DNA from: a virus
DNA: 64,000 bases
IMG/VR virus record: IMGVR_UViG_3300037088_000232
Reading direction: 5' to 3' (one strand)
Of the stretch, positions 37,438 to 47,323 are shown one piece after another. The stretch's first letter is position 1. Every line of letters starts with the position of its first letter. Below the pieces are notes generated by a model that had not been told where the DNA came from, searched no databases, and worked only from the letters and a program-made list of their open reading frames with translations. The position numbers and the translations under genes were made by a program.

Positions 37438-38027
37438 AAACATTTACTGAATTTTTATTGGAAGCTAAGGGGGGTAAGAAAGTAATAGCTTATCACTTAT
37501 CTAACCAATTGGAACATATGTTAAAAGCTGATTTCAAAATGGACCATAGTAGTGATATTTCCATATTTGGTCGTGCCATTTATTTTTCCAGCAGTCCAGA
37601 TATAAGATTTTATCCGATGAGGGGAGGTAAAAAAATATATACTTGTAAATTTGAAATAACATTGGAAGAACCTTTATTGGACATGAATCGTGAGATACCA
37701 GTATTTGAAGCGAACCGTCTTTTAAATGATTTTCGTATCATATTAGAGAATAAGAATCCAACATATTTGAGAGAATTACAGAATTATAATTTTGAAAGTG
37801 AATTTAAAGATACTATTCAGATGGGAGAATTTTTTGATACCATATACACTCGTCATGTAGAATCAAGTAAGTATTTCGATTATTTCATACATAATTATTT
37901 GAAATACAATTCATTTCAATATTTTCAAAATTCTTTAACAGATTATATAACTGAAAAAGAGGATTATGGCATATCATATGGAGTATATGATAAAAAGAAT
38001 ATAAAATTCATAGATGGACCATTTTAA
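37434..38027 (+). CDS. CTS-tagged ART-fold-like protein (H / S-S-S / E motifs)
   Basis: MKTFTEFLLEA (7 of 11 identical to T4 CTS); VIAYHLSN ... IYFSSSPD ... KFEITL. Confidence 0.4.
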   Translation: MKTFTEFLLEAKGGKKVIAYHLSNQLEHMLKADFKMDHSSDISIFGRAIYFSSSPDIRFYPMRGGKKIYTCKFEITLEEPLLDMNREIPVFEANRLLNDFRIILENKNPTYLRELQNYNFESEFKDTIQMGEFFDTIYTRHVESSKYFDYFIHNYLKYNSFQYFQNSLTDYITEKEDYGISYGVYDKKNIKFIDGPF

Positions 38028-38454
38028 AACATTTAAAGACTTTTTACTTGAATCTACCAACATAAAAACCAAAGAAGAATTATTTGGTAAAAAAATGTAT
38101 CATGGTACTACCTTAGAAACTTGGAGAGAATTGGAGAAAAGTTATTTATTTGTAACAGATGAAGAAGAACATGCTCAATATCACGCTATAAGTCGAACAG
38201 AGGGAATGATACATAATGGGGATAAGGAATACGATAAATTAACGGCTGTCGTGTTTGAAATTGTGATAGATGAAGAAATATTAAATTTAGAATGGGTAGT
38301 TGATGATGATGATGGGAACAGATCATTTTTTGAAACATGGTTAGATTCTTACAATGCAGTAGGAACATTTGTAATTATGGGAATTGATTCAAGTAAATTT
38401 AAAGAAGTATTCAAAGAAAAAATAACAAAAGAAACATCAATAAGATATTTATGA
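38014..38454 (+). CDS. CTS-tagged ART-fold-like protein (H-G-T)
   Basis: MDHFKTFKDFLLES; KMYHGTTLETW ... LFVTDEE ... VVFEIVI. Confidence 0.4.
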   Translation: MDHFKTFKDFLLESTNIKTKEELFGKKMYHGTTLETWRELEKSYLFVTDEEEHAQYHAISRTEGMIHNGDKEYDKLTAVVFEIVIDEEILNLEWVVDDDDGNRSFFETWLDSYNAVGTFVIMGIDSSKFKEVFKEKITKETSIRYL

Positions 38455-39350
38455 AAAATTTTAGAACATATGATGAATTTCTCTTGGAATTTCAGAAAAA
38501 AGATGTTTCGTTGTTAGAGACTTTGGATGACTATTTTACCATCGGATTTGAAATTGAAATGGACACTGACCATAGAAGAATTAGAAGTCTACCTACTCCC
38601 CCAAAAATAATAACCAATGAATCGAAGAAATTAAATGTATTATCGATTCAGGATAGAAGAAAAGTGATGGATATCAAAAATAATTTTCCAAATTTCTTCC
38701 GAAAATATTTCGATATTTTGGAATATCATTATGAAGGGACAGTTTCATCTGGAATGGAATTTGTAACTCCACCATTTCATAGCTTACAAGAATCTAAAGA
38801 ATTCATTAAAATATTTTTCGAAGATTTTGAAAAACAAAATAAATGGTTTTTTAATGATAAAACAAGTATTCATATTAATATCGGTACAAAAAAACCGAAA
38901 TCAAGATGGAATGTTGTTAAAGGTGTTATGATGTTATCGGATGATTATACATTTAAAAACATTGAAGCTCGAAAAACCTGTGGATATTGTAGTAGTTTAA
39001 AGACTGAGATTTTTATGATGATAATAAACAATGATAAAAATTATCAAAAGACATCTAATAATAGAAATATAACTGACATGAATAAGAATCAAATAGAGAA
39101 CCTTATTGAACAAATTATTCAAAAAATATTTACATCCACTCAAAAAACTTATAATATTAATTTTTGGAAATTATTCAATAAAAACTATGTAGAATTTCGT
39201 CAAGTTGGTGGAGAAAATATAAATGAAAATATTGTAATTAATAAAATGATGTATTTTGTTTATTGTGTTTATTTAATGACCAGTTCATATAAGAAAGATG
39301 AATATATTAGAAAATTATTCAGCTTCGTAGAAAAAATTAGAAAATTTTAG
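38451..39350 (+). CDS. CTS-tagged glutamine-synthetase-like amidoligase (Amidoligase_2-like)
   Basis: MKNFRTYDEFLLE; GFEIEMDTD, SGMEFVTPPF, TSIHINIG motifs. Confidence 0.5.
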   Translation: MKNFRTYDEFLLEFQKKDVSLLETLDDYFTIGFEIEMDTDHRRIRSLPTPPKIITNESKKLNVLSIQDRRKVMDIKNNFPNFFRKYFDILEYHYEGTVSSGMEFVTPPFHSLQESKEFIKIFFEDFEKQNKWFFNDKTSIHINIGTKKPKSRWNVVKGVMMLSDDYTFKNIEARKTCGYCSSLKTEIFMMIINNDKNYQKTSNNRNITDMNKNQIENLIEQIIQKIFTSTQKTYNINFWKLFNKNYVEFRQVGGENINENIVINKMMYFVYCVYLMTSSYKKDEYIRKLFSFVEKIRKF

Positions 39351-39380
39351 ATTGATTGATTATAAAGGTAAGGGACATCA

Positions 39381-40283
39381 TTAATCTTTTTCCTTAACTA
39401 TTTTTTCAACATCTTTTTTCTTTAATTGTGGCATTTCCTTTCTCTCGGTGAATTCACTATGAGGACTTGGAATTTTTTTAATGTTTTTAGCTAGATATTC
39501 AGTTGGACTTAATTTTTTCTTATCTTTATGAAAGATTTTTTCATAGAGATCTTCAACCATTTTAGTTTTATCCTTACCTGTTCTCCAAGGATCTTCATCA
39601 GCCATTTTTTTAATTATCTTTTGAAGTTTATCTGGTAATTTTTCCTCTTTTGCTAATTTATAAAGATTGTACTTCTGTTCACCAGTTTGATCTTGAGTTC
39701 TGGATTGATATTCTTTTAAAATAGCATTCAAAATAGGTAGTGCCTTTTCTATTGGAAGATTAATTTTGGTACATTTAATTTTACATTTTGGGTTTAGGAT
39801 AAATACAGAACCCCATCGGTGATGACCATCAATAATATAGTTATCTGAACTGATTAAGATATCTCTGTCATTATACTTACCTTTAATAACATCCTTGACG
39901 AATTCTGCGTTACTTAGAATCCTTGATATAATTTGGTCCAAGTAAATGGTTGTCTGACCGGGATTGAGTTTCTTAGCCCTTATTTTGACCTTTTCTCCCT
40001 CTATGTCATTTTCTTCAACTTCTTTTAAAAATTTAGTTCTATTGGATTCAACTTCTAAGAAATCACCGATTTTTTTCTTCATGTTTTGAAGATCCACCTT
40101 ACCATCCTCGCTCATTACTCCCATTTGCTTGAGTACATCGTTGTATTCTCTTTGATTTATCTTCTTGTCTAACATTTCTTTTATTTGAGTATATCTTATC
40201 ATAAAAACACTGATTAGTTTTATTAGAATATATATTGTTTTCCAATTTGGAAAATTTTTGGAAAAATTATAATATATATACAA
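39381..40283 (-). CDS. ParB/Srx-fold (ParB-like nuclease domain) protein; true start may be the internal Met near 40199
   Basis: ISSDNYIIDGHHRW (DGHHR motif). Confidence 0.5.
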   Translation of the reverse strand: MYIYYNFSKNFPNWKTIYILIKLISVFMIRYTQIKEMLDKKINQREYNDVLKQMGVMSEDGKVDLQNMKKKIGDFLEVESNRTKFLKEVEENDIEGEKVKIRAKKLNPGQTTIYLDQIISRILSNAEFVKDVIKGKYNDRDILISSDNYIIDGHHRWGSVFILNPKCKIKCTKINLPIEKALPILNAILKEYQSRTQDQTGEQKYNLYKLAKEEKLPDKLQKIIKKMADEDPWRTGKDKTKMVEDLYEKIFHKDKKKLSPTEYLAKNIKKIPSPHSEFTERKEMPQLKKKDVEKIVKEKD

Positions 40284-40369
40284 ATGTTAAAAAATGTTAA
40301 AATTTTTTAAAACAAATATTGAAACCTGTGATATAACAGGTATAAAAAATAATAAAACAAATAAAAATT

Positions 40370-40618
40370 ATGAAAAAGTTAATTGCAATTTTAAGTATTT
40401 TAATGATTGTTTCTTTTACGGCTTGTAACAACACAGTCAAAGAGGAAGCTGTGGCTAAAGCAAAAACAGATTCTATCAGAGTTGATTCTATTAAGAAAGA
40501 TTCAATTCAGAAGGTTTTAGTTTTAACTCAAAAGGCTGATTCTATTAAGAAGGCTGATTCTATTACCAAATGTACAAAGAAATGTACAAAGAAAACAAAG
40601 AAAGTTGTGAAGAAGTAA
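40370..40618 (+). CDS. small lysine-rich lipoprotein with DSIKK repeats
   Basis: Signal peptide + lipobox FTAC; repeats DSIKKDSIQK/ADSIKKADSI, CTKKCTKK. Confidence 0.5.
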   Translation: MKKLIAILSILMIVSFTACNNTVKEEAVAKAKTDSIRVDSIKKDSIQKVLVLTQKADSIKKADSITKCTKKCTKKTKKVVKK

Positions 40619-40636
40619 TTCTCAATAAACTTTAAA

Positions 40637-40670
40637 GAAAAGGGATGTCGTTGACACCCCTTTTTCTTTT
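40637..40670. terminator. bidirectional rho-independent terminator
   Basis: gggatgtc-gtt-gacacccc stem followed by T5CT4; A-run on other side. Confidence 0.65.
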
Positions 40671-41550
40671 ATAATTGTTCCTTACATTTCAATAAATTCT
40701 GTTCTTGCTCTTTTGTTAATTGAGGATATTCCAGATTTAATTTTTTCATTCTCTCAACCAAAATTTTCGAAACAATAAGTCGTGATGTTTTTTTATGATT
40801 GGCCGGAACAACATACCAAGGACAATCATCGGTGGATGTTTCATTAATCAGATCTTCATAACATTTCATATAATCACCCCAGAACTGACGCTCTTTTAAG
40901 TCAGATTCCGAAAATTTCCAATTCTTAGATTTATCATCAATCCTCTCCAGTAATCTTTCTTTTTGTTCTTTTTTGGATATGTTCAAGAATATTTTTATAA
41001 CGACTGTTCCATTTTTATGAAGCATCTTTTCAAAATTTCTTATCTGTTCATATCTTTCTTCAAAGATATCCTTATGAATCAAAACGGTTGGAATTCTCTG
41101 AAATTTTATCAGATCATGAACCTTAACTACGAGAACTTCTTCATAATAGGAACGATTAAAGATACCAATGTGTCCTCTCTCTGGTAAACTTTTGTGAGCT
41201 TTCCATAAGAAATCATGATTCAATTCCTCTGAAGTGGGTTGTTTAAAACTATAAACCTGAGTTGCTTGGGGATTAAGACCCGACATTACATGCTTAACGA
41301 TTCCGTCTTTACCAGCCGTATCAAGCGCTTGAATAATTAATAGTATTGAATATTTACCATCAGCATATAACTTATCCTGTAAATCAATGAGGCTTTTTAT
41401 GTTCCCCTCTATTTGTTCGGTAATATCGGAATCGACATCATTCAAATCAATATCATTTAAATTAATATCAACTTTTCCCTTACCGTTTATTTCAAATTGT
41501 TTTATATTCATATTTTTTCCTCTAAAAATTGTTTTATATCGAGCATACAT
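40669..41550 (-). CDS. ppk2: polyphosphate kinase 2 (PPK2) family nucleotide phosphotransferase
   Basis: Walker A DTAGKDG, IFNRSYYEE, KIFLNISKKEQKERLLER, PWYVVPANHK. Confidence 0.85.
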   Translation of the reverse strand: MYARYKTIFRGKNMNIKQFEINGKGKVDINLNDIDLNDVDSDITEQIEGNIKSLIDLQDKLYADGKYSILLIIQALDTAGKDGIVKHVMSGLNPQATQVYSFKQPTSEELNHDFLWKAHKSLPERGHIGIFNRSYYEEVLVVKVHDLIKFQRIPTVLIHKDIFEERYEQIRNFEKMLHKNGTVVIKIFLNISKKEQKERLLERIDDKSKNWKFSESDLKERQFWGDYMKCYEDLINETSTDDCPWYVVPANHKKTSRLIVSKILVERMKKLNLEYPQLTKEQEQNLLKCKEQL

Positions 41551-41709
41551 TGTAATAATTGATTTGCTTTTGCACCGGCTTCAATTCTATCTGGAAAATT
41601 TATCCTCTCATTATCAGCAATTTCGTGTAATTCTTTTGCCCTTTGTTGCCATATTTTTAATAAATCTTCTTTACTCATAATCAATCAACTTTAATTTATT
41701 CTAACAAAA

Positions 41710-42003
41710 TCAATCAATTTCGATTTCTGTTATTTCACCGAAATTATCAACAATCCATTTGTATGCTTCATCGAATGATTTCCATTCACCTAAATCTGGG
41801 AGATTTAAATTTGGGAATGTTTCTTCGTTTACAATAGTCCAATCAGAATCATAAGCCTGACCCCCTTCAAATGGATCGTGCCAAATGCTGTAAGTCTTTT
41901 TGTTGGGTTTCTTACCATGATTTTCTTCCTGAATGGTGAATCCATCACCTTCATAATCATTCGGATTTTTGGTTAATTTATATTTCCAGATTTTCATGAA
42001 CAA
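41710..42003 (-). CDS. hypothetical protein
   Basis: 97-aa ORF. Confidence 0.4.
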   Translation of the reverse strand: MFMKIWKYKLTKNPNDYEGDGFTIQEENHGKKPNKKTYSIWHDPFEGGQAYDSDWTIVNEETFPNLNLPDLGEWKSFDEAYKWIVDNFGEITEIEID

Positions 42004-42217
42004 AAAAGTTTAAATGGAGTTTATAATAATTTGATATATTCACTTCTTATATGCTCGAGCACTTCTTTTATATCATCTGAATCTATTGCTTTAATTTGAG
42101 CATCTAAATGTTTTACGATATCGGTAAGTTTTACATATTTTATATGTGTTCCTGCCTCCAACATTATCTGAAACTTGAAAGTATCTTCCATAAGATTATT
42201 TTTTATTTTTTAAAATG

Positions 42218-42664
42218 TTATGATAGTATAGTTTTTACGATTGAACCAATAGTTTTATTATCTGCACGACCAGAAAAGAATTTGGTGGCCACACCCATCA
42301 CCTTACCCATATCACGAATTGAAGTGGCTCCAGTTTCAGTTATGATTTCTTTCACTTTTTCAGTGATTTCTTCAACTGATAATTGTTCTGGAAGATATGT
42401 TTTATAGACTGTAATAAGAAGCATTTCATGATCAACCAAATCCACTCTACCCCCTTGAGCATATTGAGTAGCGGATTCTGTACTCTGACTAACCATTTTC
42501 TGAATAACTTTCATTACTTGTTCATCAGTCAATAGTTCTTTACCATCTTTGGCTTTTTCAACCTGAATAGTAGATTTAATCAATCTAAGAGCCTCTAATT
42601 TTTCGTTTTCTTGTCTTAAAATTGATTCTTTGATATCGGAATTAATCTTCTCTTCGAGATTCAT
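42218..42664 (-). CDS. GatB/YqeY-domain protein
   Basis: LRLIKSTIQ..., KTYLPEQLSVEEI, IRDMGKVMGVATKFFSGRADNKTI. Confidence 0.65.
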   Translation of the reverse strand: MNLEEKINSDIKESILRQENEKLEALRLIKSTIQVEKAKDGKELLTDEQVMKVIQKMVSQSTESATQYAQGGRVDLVDHEMLLITVYKTYLPEQLSVEEITEKVKEIITETGATSIRDMGKVMGVATKFFSGRADNKTIGSIVKTILS

Positions 42665-42833
42665 TTATTAGTTTTTTAATTAAAATTATTAATATCCAAA
42701 ATAATATTCCAGATATAGTGAATAAAACTATGGACATAATGTAATCCTGTACAATGAACAAACAAATACTCATTAAAAATTCGAATAACATCGTAACAAA
42801 AACTATTATTGCTACTGGTATTTTCATTTTCAT
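42642..42833 (-). CDS. small membrane protein
   Basis: 63 aa, two TM segments. Confidence 0.4.
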   Translation of the reverse strand: MKMKIPVAIIVFVTMLFEFLMSICLFIVQDYIMSIVLFTISGILFWILIILIKKLINESRRED

Positions 42834-43261
42834 TACCCGATAGCTTTAAAAGTTTGTTTCCAAAAGTATCTTTTCTTCACGAAAATTTCAGATTTAGGTA
42901 ATTTCAGTGTAACACCATCAATATATTTACCATCAATACTTTCAACCTTACAAATCATTTTACCAAATTCATCACTATCCCCAACTATTTTTAAATTGAT
43001 ATAACTCAACTTGGAAGATGAACTGGTCATTTGACCCACATTTACATTTGTTGTTGAATCCTGATAAGTAAAATAAGCATCCCCACCTCTTGTAATTGTG
43101 ACAAGTAATCCCATAAAAATCCCAATTGGAATAGACCACCAACTAATTACGAAGGCCAAGAAAAACATGAAAATGAACCAGAATCCGAAGAATAGAAATA
43201 AACTCACATATAAATTGAATTTACATTCTCCAATACATTCTTTAATTTTATCCTTTTTCAT
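42833..43261 (-). CDS. membrane protein
   Basis: TM hairpin near N-terminus; 142 aa. Confidence 0.4.
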   Translation of the reverse strand: MKKDKIKECIGECKFNLYVSLFLFFGFWFIFMFFLAFVISWWSIPIGIFMGLLVTITRGGDAYFTYQDSTTNVNVGQMTSSSSKLSYINLKIVGDSDEFGKMICKVESIDGKYIDGVTLKLPKSEIFVKKRYFWKQTFKAIG

Positions 43262-43463
43262 TTTTCGTAGTTATTTTATGATGACAAACCCCATAACCAA
43301 TCCAGTAAGAAATAAATACTGCAAGGATAAAGGCTCCGGCAATTTTAAAAATAGTTCCGAATGTCATGATGACGAAGGCGTGGCTCAATAACCAGAAGAA
43401 ACCAATCACGAATAATACGAATAGTACTATCGCCCAAATGATAATTTTAGTTTTTGTTGTCAT
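43248..43463 (-). CDS. small membrane protein
   Basis: 71 aa, two TM helices. Confidence 0.4.
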   Translation of the reverse strand: MTTKTKIIIWAIVLFVLFVIGFFWLLSHAFVIMTFGTIFKIAGAFILAVFISYWIGYGVCHHKITTKNEKG

Positions 43464-43496
43464 AATAATTTATTTTTGTTAAATTAATTTTTATTT

Positions 43497-43967
43497 TTAA
43501 AAATCTGAAACTGATGTCGAATCCGAATTGAAATCGGTATCGGGAGTATCGGGTGTATCGGGTGTATCGGGTGTATCAGGAGATATGTCTGAGGGTTGTT
43601 CATCTTGTGGTGATGGTGGAGTATCCATTATATCATGTAATTCCTGACCAATCATGGCACCGGCCATATTACCACCCAAGGCTGTCCCCAATAAAGCATT
43701 ATCTGTAAGTGCACCTATTGCCATAGAAGTAGTGAATCCATCATCCTCTTGTGGGGGTGAAAGTGGATTTATTTGGGGAGGAGGTGGAAGTGGGTTTGTG
43801 TGGCTGGGAAATTTTTTAGTAGCGTAAGGATCTGTATAGAAAGGTATAGGTGGATGTTCAGGGAACGGTTTAGCCGATTCTCTCTTTCGTATTCTCGAAA
43901 CCCAAATACAACCAAGTACAATAAGTACTACAATGATACCGATAATAATTAATATTGTTCCTACCAT
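43497..43967 (-). CDS. membrane-anchored Pro-rich protein with (DTP)n repeat
   Basis: N-terminal TM, PLPPPPQINPLSPPQ, DTPDTPDTPDTPDTD. Confidence 0.45.
   Translation of the reverse strand: MVGTILIIIGIIVVLIVLGCIWVSRIRKRESAKPFPEHPPIPFYTDPYATKKFPSHTNPLPPPPQINPLSPPQEDDGFTTSMAIGALTDNALLGTALGGNMAGAMIGQELHDIMDTPPSPQDEQPSDISPDTPDTPDTPDTPDTDFNSDSTSVSDF
43536..43580. repeat. five tandem 9-nt repeats (gtatcgggt-like) encoding DTP repeats
   Basis: ggtatcggg agtatcggg tgtatcggg tgtatcggg tgtatcagg. Confidence 0.8.
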
Positions 43968-43979
43968 TTGAATTTATTT

Positions 43980-44195
43980 TTATTTTTTATTTTTCTTTTC
44001 ATACCAAGATTGAGTGAACTCTTCATCCCAAAATAAATCAAATCCACCCAAATATCCTTCTGGATTTACTGTAACTTTCATGAAAGCCTTACCTTTACTT
44101 GTTTCTGTTGGAATGGCATAAGTTCCAGCTGGGACATCATTACCATTGAATTTTTTCTTGAGGTAGGTTTGTGCCTCGATCACTTCAGTTAACAT
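43980..44195 (-). CDS. hypothetical small protein
   Basis: 71 aa. Confidence 0.35.
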   Translation of the reverse strand: MLTEVIEAQTYLKKKFNGNDVPAGTYAIPTETSKGKAFMKVTVNPEGYLGGFDLFWDEEFTQSWYEKKNKK

Positions 44196-44257
44196 AAATA
44201 TTTCATTTATAATTATTACAATAATAAGTAAAAAATCTCAATAAAAAAAATATAATC

Positions 44258-44506
44258 TTAATGTTCATATAATTTTCTCATTCTGTATTCCTCAATTTCA
44301 TGCCATAATTTTTCCAATTCATCATCAGTAGCATCTTCAACACACTCTTTCCATTCTTCATATTTCTTTCCAGTTCTCGAAGAAACCAAAGGTGGAAACC
44401 AAGAGAAATCTGCACTTAATAATTCCACCCATGTTGGTCTGTCGGATCTTGTCATTGATCCAACCCACCTTTTACATCTGGTTTTTAATGATTCTCTTTT
44501 GTACAT
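44258..44506 (-). CDS. hypothetical small protein
   Basis: 82 aa. Confidence 0.35.
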   Translation of the reverse strand: MYKRESLKTRCKRWVGSMTRSDRPTWVELLSADFSWFPPLVSSRTGKKYEEWKECVEDATDDELEKLWHEIEEYRMRKLYEH

Positions 44507-44513
44507 ATGTGTT

Positions 44514-46007
44514 TTATAAAATGAACCAATTTGGTTCAGTTAATGCCTTAATTGTTAACTGACTACCAAGTTTTGTAATACATTCATGGTAAGCGTGTTC
44601 ATAATGCCATCCAGCCTTATGTCCTATTTCATGAATGAGAAGGTCTAACATGGTTTGTTTGATATAACCATCTTCTGATGGTGTCCACATTGACTTGGTT
44701 ATCTTTGGAACATTAAATCGTAGGTTATTACCACCGAAATCAGCCACTGTTGAAGCATCAGATGATGATATGAACTCAACACTCAGATCAAAGTGTAAGA
44801 ATTCTTTAGATATTTTCTTAGCGAATTCAGCTATTTTTTTCTGATCGTCTGAGGGATTTACCTTTTTACTTTCGGTGATACCTACTTTATATTTCTGAGA
44901 AGTTGTTTCAAGGAGATCGAAACCTTTTACTTTTGTCCATTCATCCTTATCCATTTCCCTACCATAAATAACATTGTGTCCGTTACTAATGGCTTCGTCC
45001 ATACTTCTTGGATCTAATGGATTAGCGATAAGAGCATTTTCTCCGAATCGTTTAGTAATAACATCCTGAACGGTTTCTTTTGTTACTCTATCAGATGTAG
45101 TTCCAGTTCTTACCCAGATACGACTACTTTGTTCTTCGGTAATTTCTTCATGAGTATGATTTAGGATTTCACCATAAAGAACTTTCAGGTACTTACCATC
45201 CACTTTATCCCTATCATTAGAAAGGGGAACTTTCTGTTGAATATCAATTGAATAATCACATTCGATTTCACAGATAGGAATACCCATTTCATAAATATAA
45301 GCTGAACCGTTCTTATTATGAATATGAACAGCGGTTTCCCTTGTAACATTCCTCATTCTATCACCCTCTTTCAATTCAGTTGGGAGTTTAGTGGTGAAGA
45401 TTTTATGAGGTTTCTGATAAGACAAGGTTTTCCATGTACCCTTCGCGACTGTTCCCATCCAATCATGACCATCTACTTTTTCAATACCAGCCCCCATATT
45501 TCCGACAATGATATCAACTTTAATATTATCAGGAACAAGGATACTATCACAGTATTTACAACATTCAACGAATTCTTCGTGTGTCATTTTTACGGTTACA
45601 AAAACCATACTACCCTTTGGTGTCTTGTTTTTAGTAAGGGTCTTAACACCCTTTTTAATATCGAACTCAACACAACCCGTAGTAGTTAAAATGGTGGCGG
45701 AATCACAAAGACACAATACCTGTTTTTCACCGAAATTGAATCTTCCTCTTTTCTTGACATCACTTCTTTTATATGTGTCTTTGAAAAGAGTATAAGCATC
45801 GGATAAATCACGAAATCCAGTAGGTGAATCATCATTGACCTGAATAAAGGCCTTTCCTCGTTGCCAATCCAGATGAATATCACAGGTTGTAATGTTTTCA
45901 TCGATTGCGTTTTGAAGAAGTTCACGAATGATAAACCATTTCGGTTTACCTTCTTGAAGTTGGCGTAAACCGTCAACATCAACTTCGAAAATATTTGTCG
46001 TTTTCAT
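44514..46007 (-). CDS. protein with GHKL/Bergerat-ATPase-like N-box and C-terminal HExxH zincin motif
   Basis: IIRELLQNAIDE and VNDDSPTGF near N-terminus; DLLIHEIGHKAGWHYEHAYHE at C-terminus. Confidence 0.35.
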   Translation of the reverse strand: MKTTNIFEVDVDGLRQLQEGKPKWFIIRELLQNAIDENITTCDIHLDWQRGKAFIQVNDDSPTGFRDLSDAYTLFKDTYKRSDVKKRGRFNFGEKQVLCLCDSATILTTTGCVEFDIKKGVKTLTKNKTPKGSMVFVTVKMTHEEFVECCKYCDSILVPDNIKVDIIVGNMGAGIEKVDGHDWMGTVAKGTWKTLSYQKPHKIFTTKLPTELKEGDRMRNVTRETAVHIHNKNGSAYIYEMGIPICEIECDYSIDIQQKVPLSNDRDKVDGKYLKVLYGEILNHTHEEITEEQSSRIWVRTGTTSDRVTKETVQDVITKRFGENALIANPLDPRSMDEAISNGHNVIYGREMDKDEWTKVKGFDLLETTSQKYKVGITESKKVNPSDDQKKIAEFAKKISKEFLHFDLSVEFISSSDASTVADFGGNNLRFNVPKITKSMWTPSEDGYIKQTMLDLLIHEIGHKAGWHYEHAYHECITKLGSQLTIKALTEPNWFIL

Positions 46008-46441
46008 TTCCTGTTTTCATTAAAGTTTTCAAATAGTTTCCAGATATTTTTTGCACCTGTGGTGTTTTGTGTATGTATAAGAATTGTAGGACAATCCAAA
46101 TCGTTATTAAGTAAATAATTAATTAACCATTTTGCACATTCATGTCCTGTTCCCTCTACTACGGTATAATCAATCCAACCAGTAAATATTGTGAATGTTC
46201 TGTAATGATAATAATGTTCATCTTTAAGATCGTGATCAAAAGAAATCATTTCTGGTAATCCTCTTTTTTCTATCATCTCAACAAACTGTGGAAAACTTCT
46301 GACGATTACCCAATCAAGATCTTTATATCTTTTATCTCTTGTCAAATCATAAGCACTGTCTAATTCGAAATCAACGGGAACATCTGTACCCCCATTAAAC
46401 GGAAACCTATCATCATCGAGAAAAAGATTATACATCTGCAT
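46004..46441 (-). CDS. hypothetical protein, receiver-(REC)-like pattern
   Basis: LFLDDDR ... DWVIVRSF ... EMISFDHDL ... ILIHTQN; weak. Confidence 0.25.
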   Translation of the reverse strand: MQMYNLFLDDDRFPFNGGTDVPVDFELDSAYDLTRDKRYKDLDWVIVRSFPQFVEMIEKRGLPEMISFDHDLKDEHYYHYRTFTIFTGWIDYTVVEGTGHECAKWLINYLLNNDLDCPTILIHTQNTTGAKNIWKLFENFNENRK

Positions 46442-46495
46442 GTACTATTAACATTGATAGTACAAAGGTACGAAGAATTTATGGAATAAAAAAAT

Positions 46496-47275
46496 TTATA
46501 CTGAGGTTTCTAACACTATCATGAGGTTATAATCATCATATTTAGTAAGAATATACTGTTCAAAAACAAAAATCTCAATATCGGTTGTGGTCGAGATGGT
46601 ATTAAAGTATCTTTTTGGAAATGTATATGTATAATCAGGTTGTTCTATATTATCAGAAATCTTCAATCTCCATTTTTCACCCATATATAATTTATTCTTC
46701 TCAACAGTGATTGTAAGAATGTCATTTTCCTTTACATCAATCGTTGACATTTTCTTTATCTTTTCATAATTAGCATTGGATAGATTAAAATTAAATAAAG
46801 CAGTTGATGTGTCCATTAGACGATTAATATCATCCATATTAATGTCTTTCCCGACAATTAGATTATCTCCAGCTATCAATGTTGTATCGAAAATATCTTC
46901 ATGATGGATTCTCCACGAATCAGCAAATCCGGGAGCTGTATTACTTACAGATATTTCACAACTTACCGAATCATATTCTAAAAACTGATTTATGGTATGA
47001 TAAAGCTTTATACCATTCTTTGCTATATATGAAACTGGTTCTGGTATATCTGTAATAAAACTAAAAATTTCATCATATTTGAAAATATAATTTTTAAAGG
47101 CATAAATATTTTTGAAAGTTTTTCCGACAAATGAAAAGAGTATTAAACTGTCTTTTTCGAATTTCATTACGACAATTTTCTTCTCATGAATCTTAGCCAA
47201 ATCCTTTATCTTATCTAATAATTTCTTTAAATTTGATTGTGAAATTTCAAATTTAATATTCTCACTTTTAGCCAT
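46496..47275 (-). CDS. hypothetical protein (replication-module neighbour)
   Basis: 259-aa ORF immediately downstream of primase. Confidence 0.4.
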   Translation of the reverse strand: MAKSENIKFEISQSNLKKLLDKIKDLAKIHEKKIVVMKFEKDSLILFSFVGKTFKNIYAFKNYIFKYDEIFSFITDIPEPVSYIAKNGIKLYHTINQFLEYDSVSCEISVSNTAPGFADSWRIHHEDIFDTTLIAGDNLIVGKDINMDDINRLMDTSTALFNFNLSNANYEKIKKMSTIDVKENDILTITVEKNKLYMGEKWRLKISDNIEQPDYTYTFPKRYFNTISTTTDIEIFVFEQYILTKYDDYNLMIVLETSV

Positions 47276-47323
47276 TATATTCTGAAATATTTTTTACTTT
47301 ATACATTTTAATAGGATAGAAGT

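Noticed and set aside
46496-47275. Sliding clamp (gp45-like) next to primase
   Set aside because: Only vague N-terminal resemblance (IKFEISQSNLKKLLDKI vs T4 LSKDTTALLKNF); insufficient to call from sequence alone.
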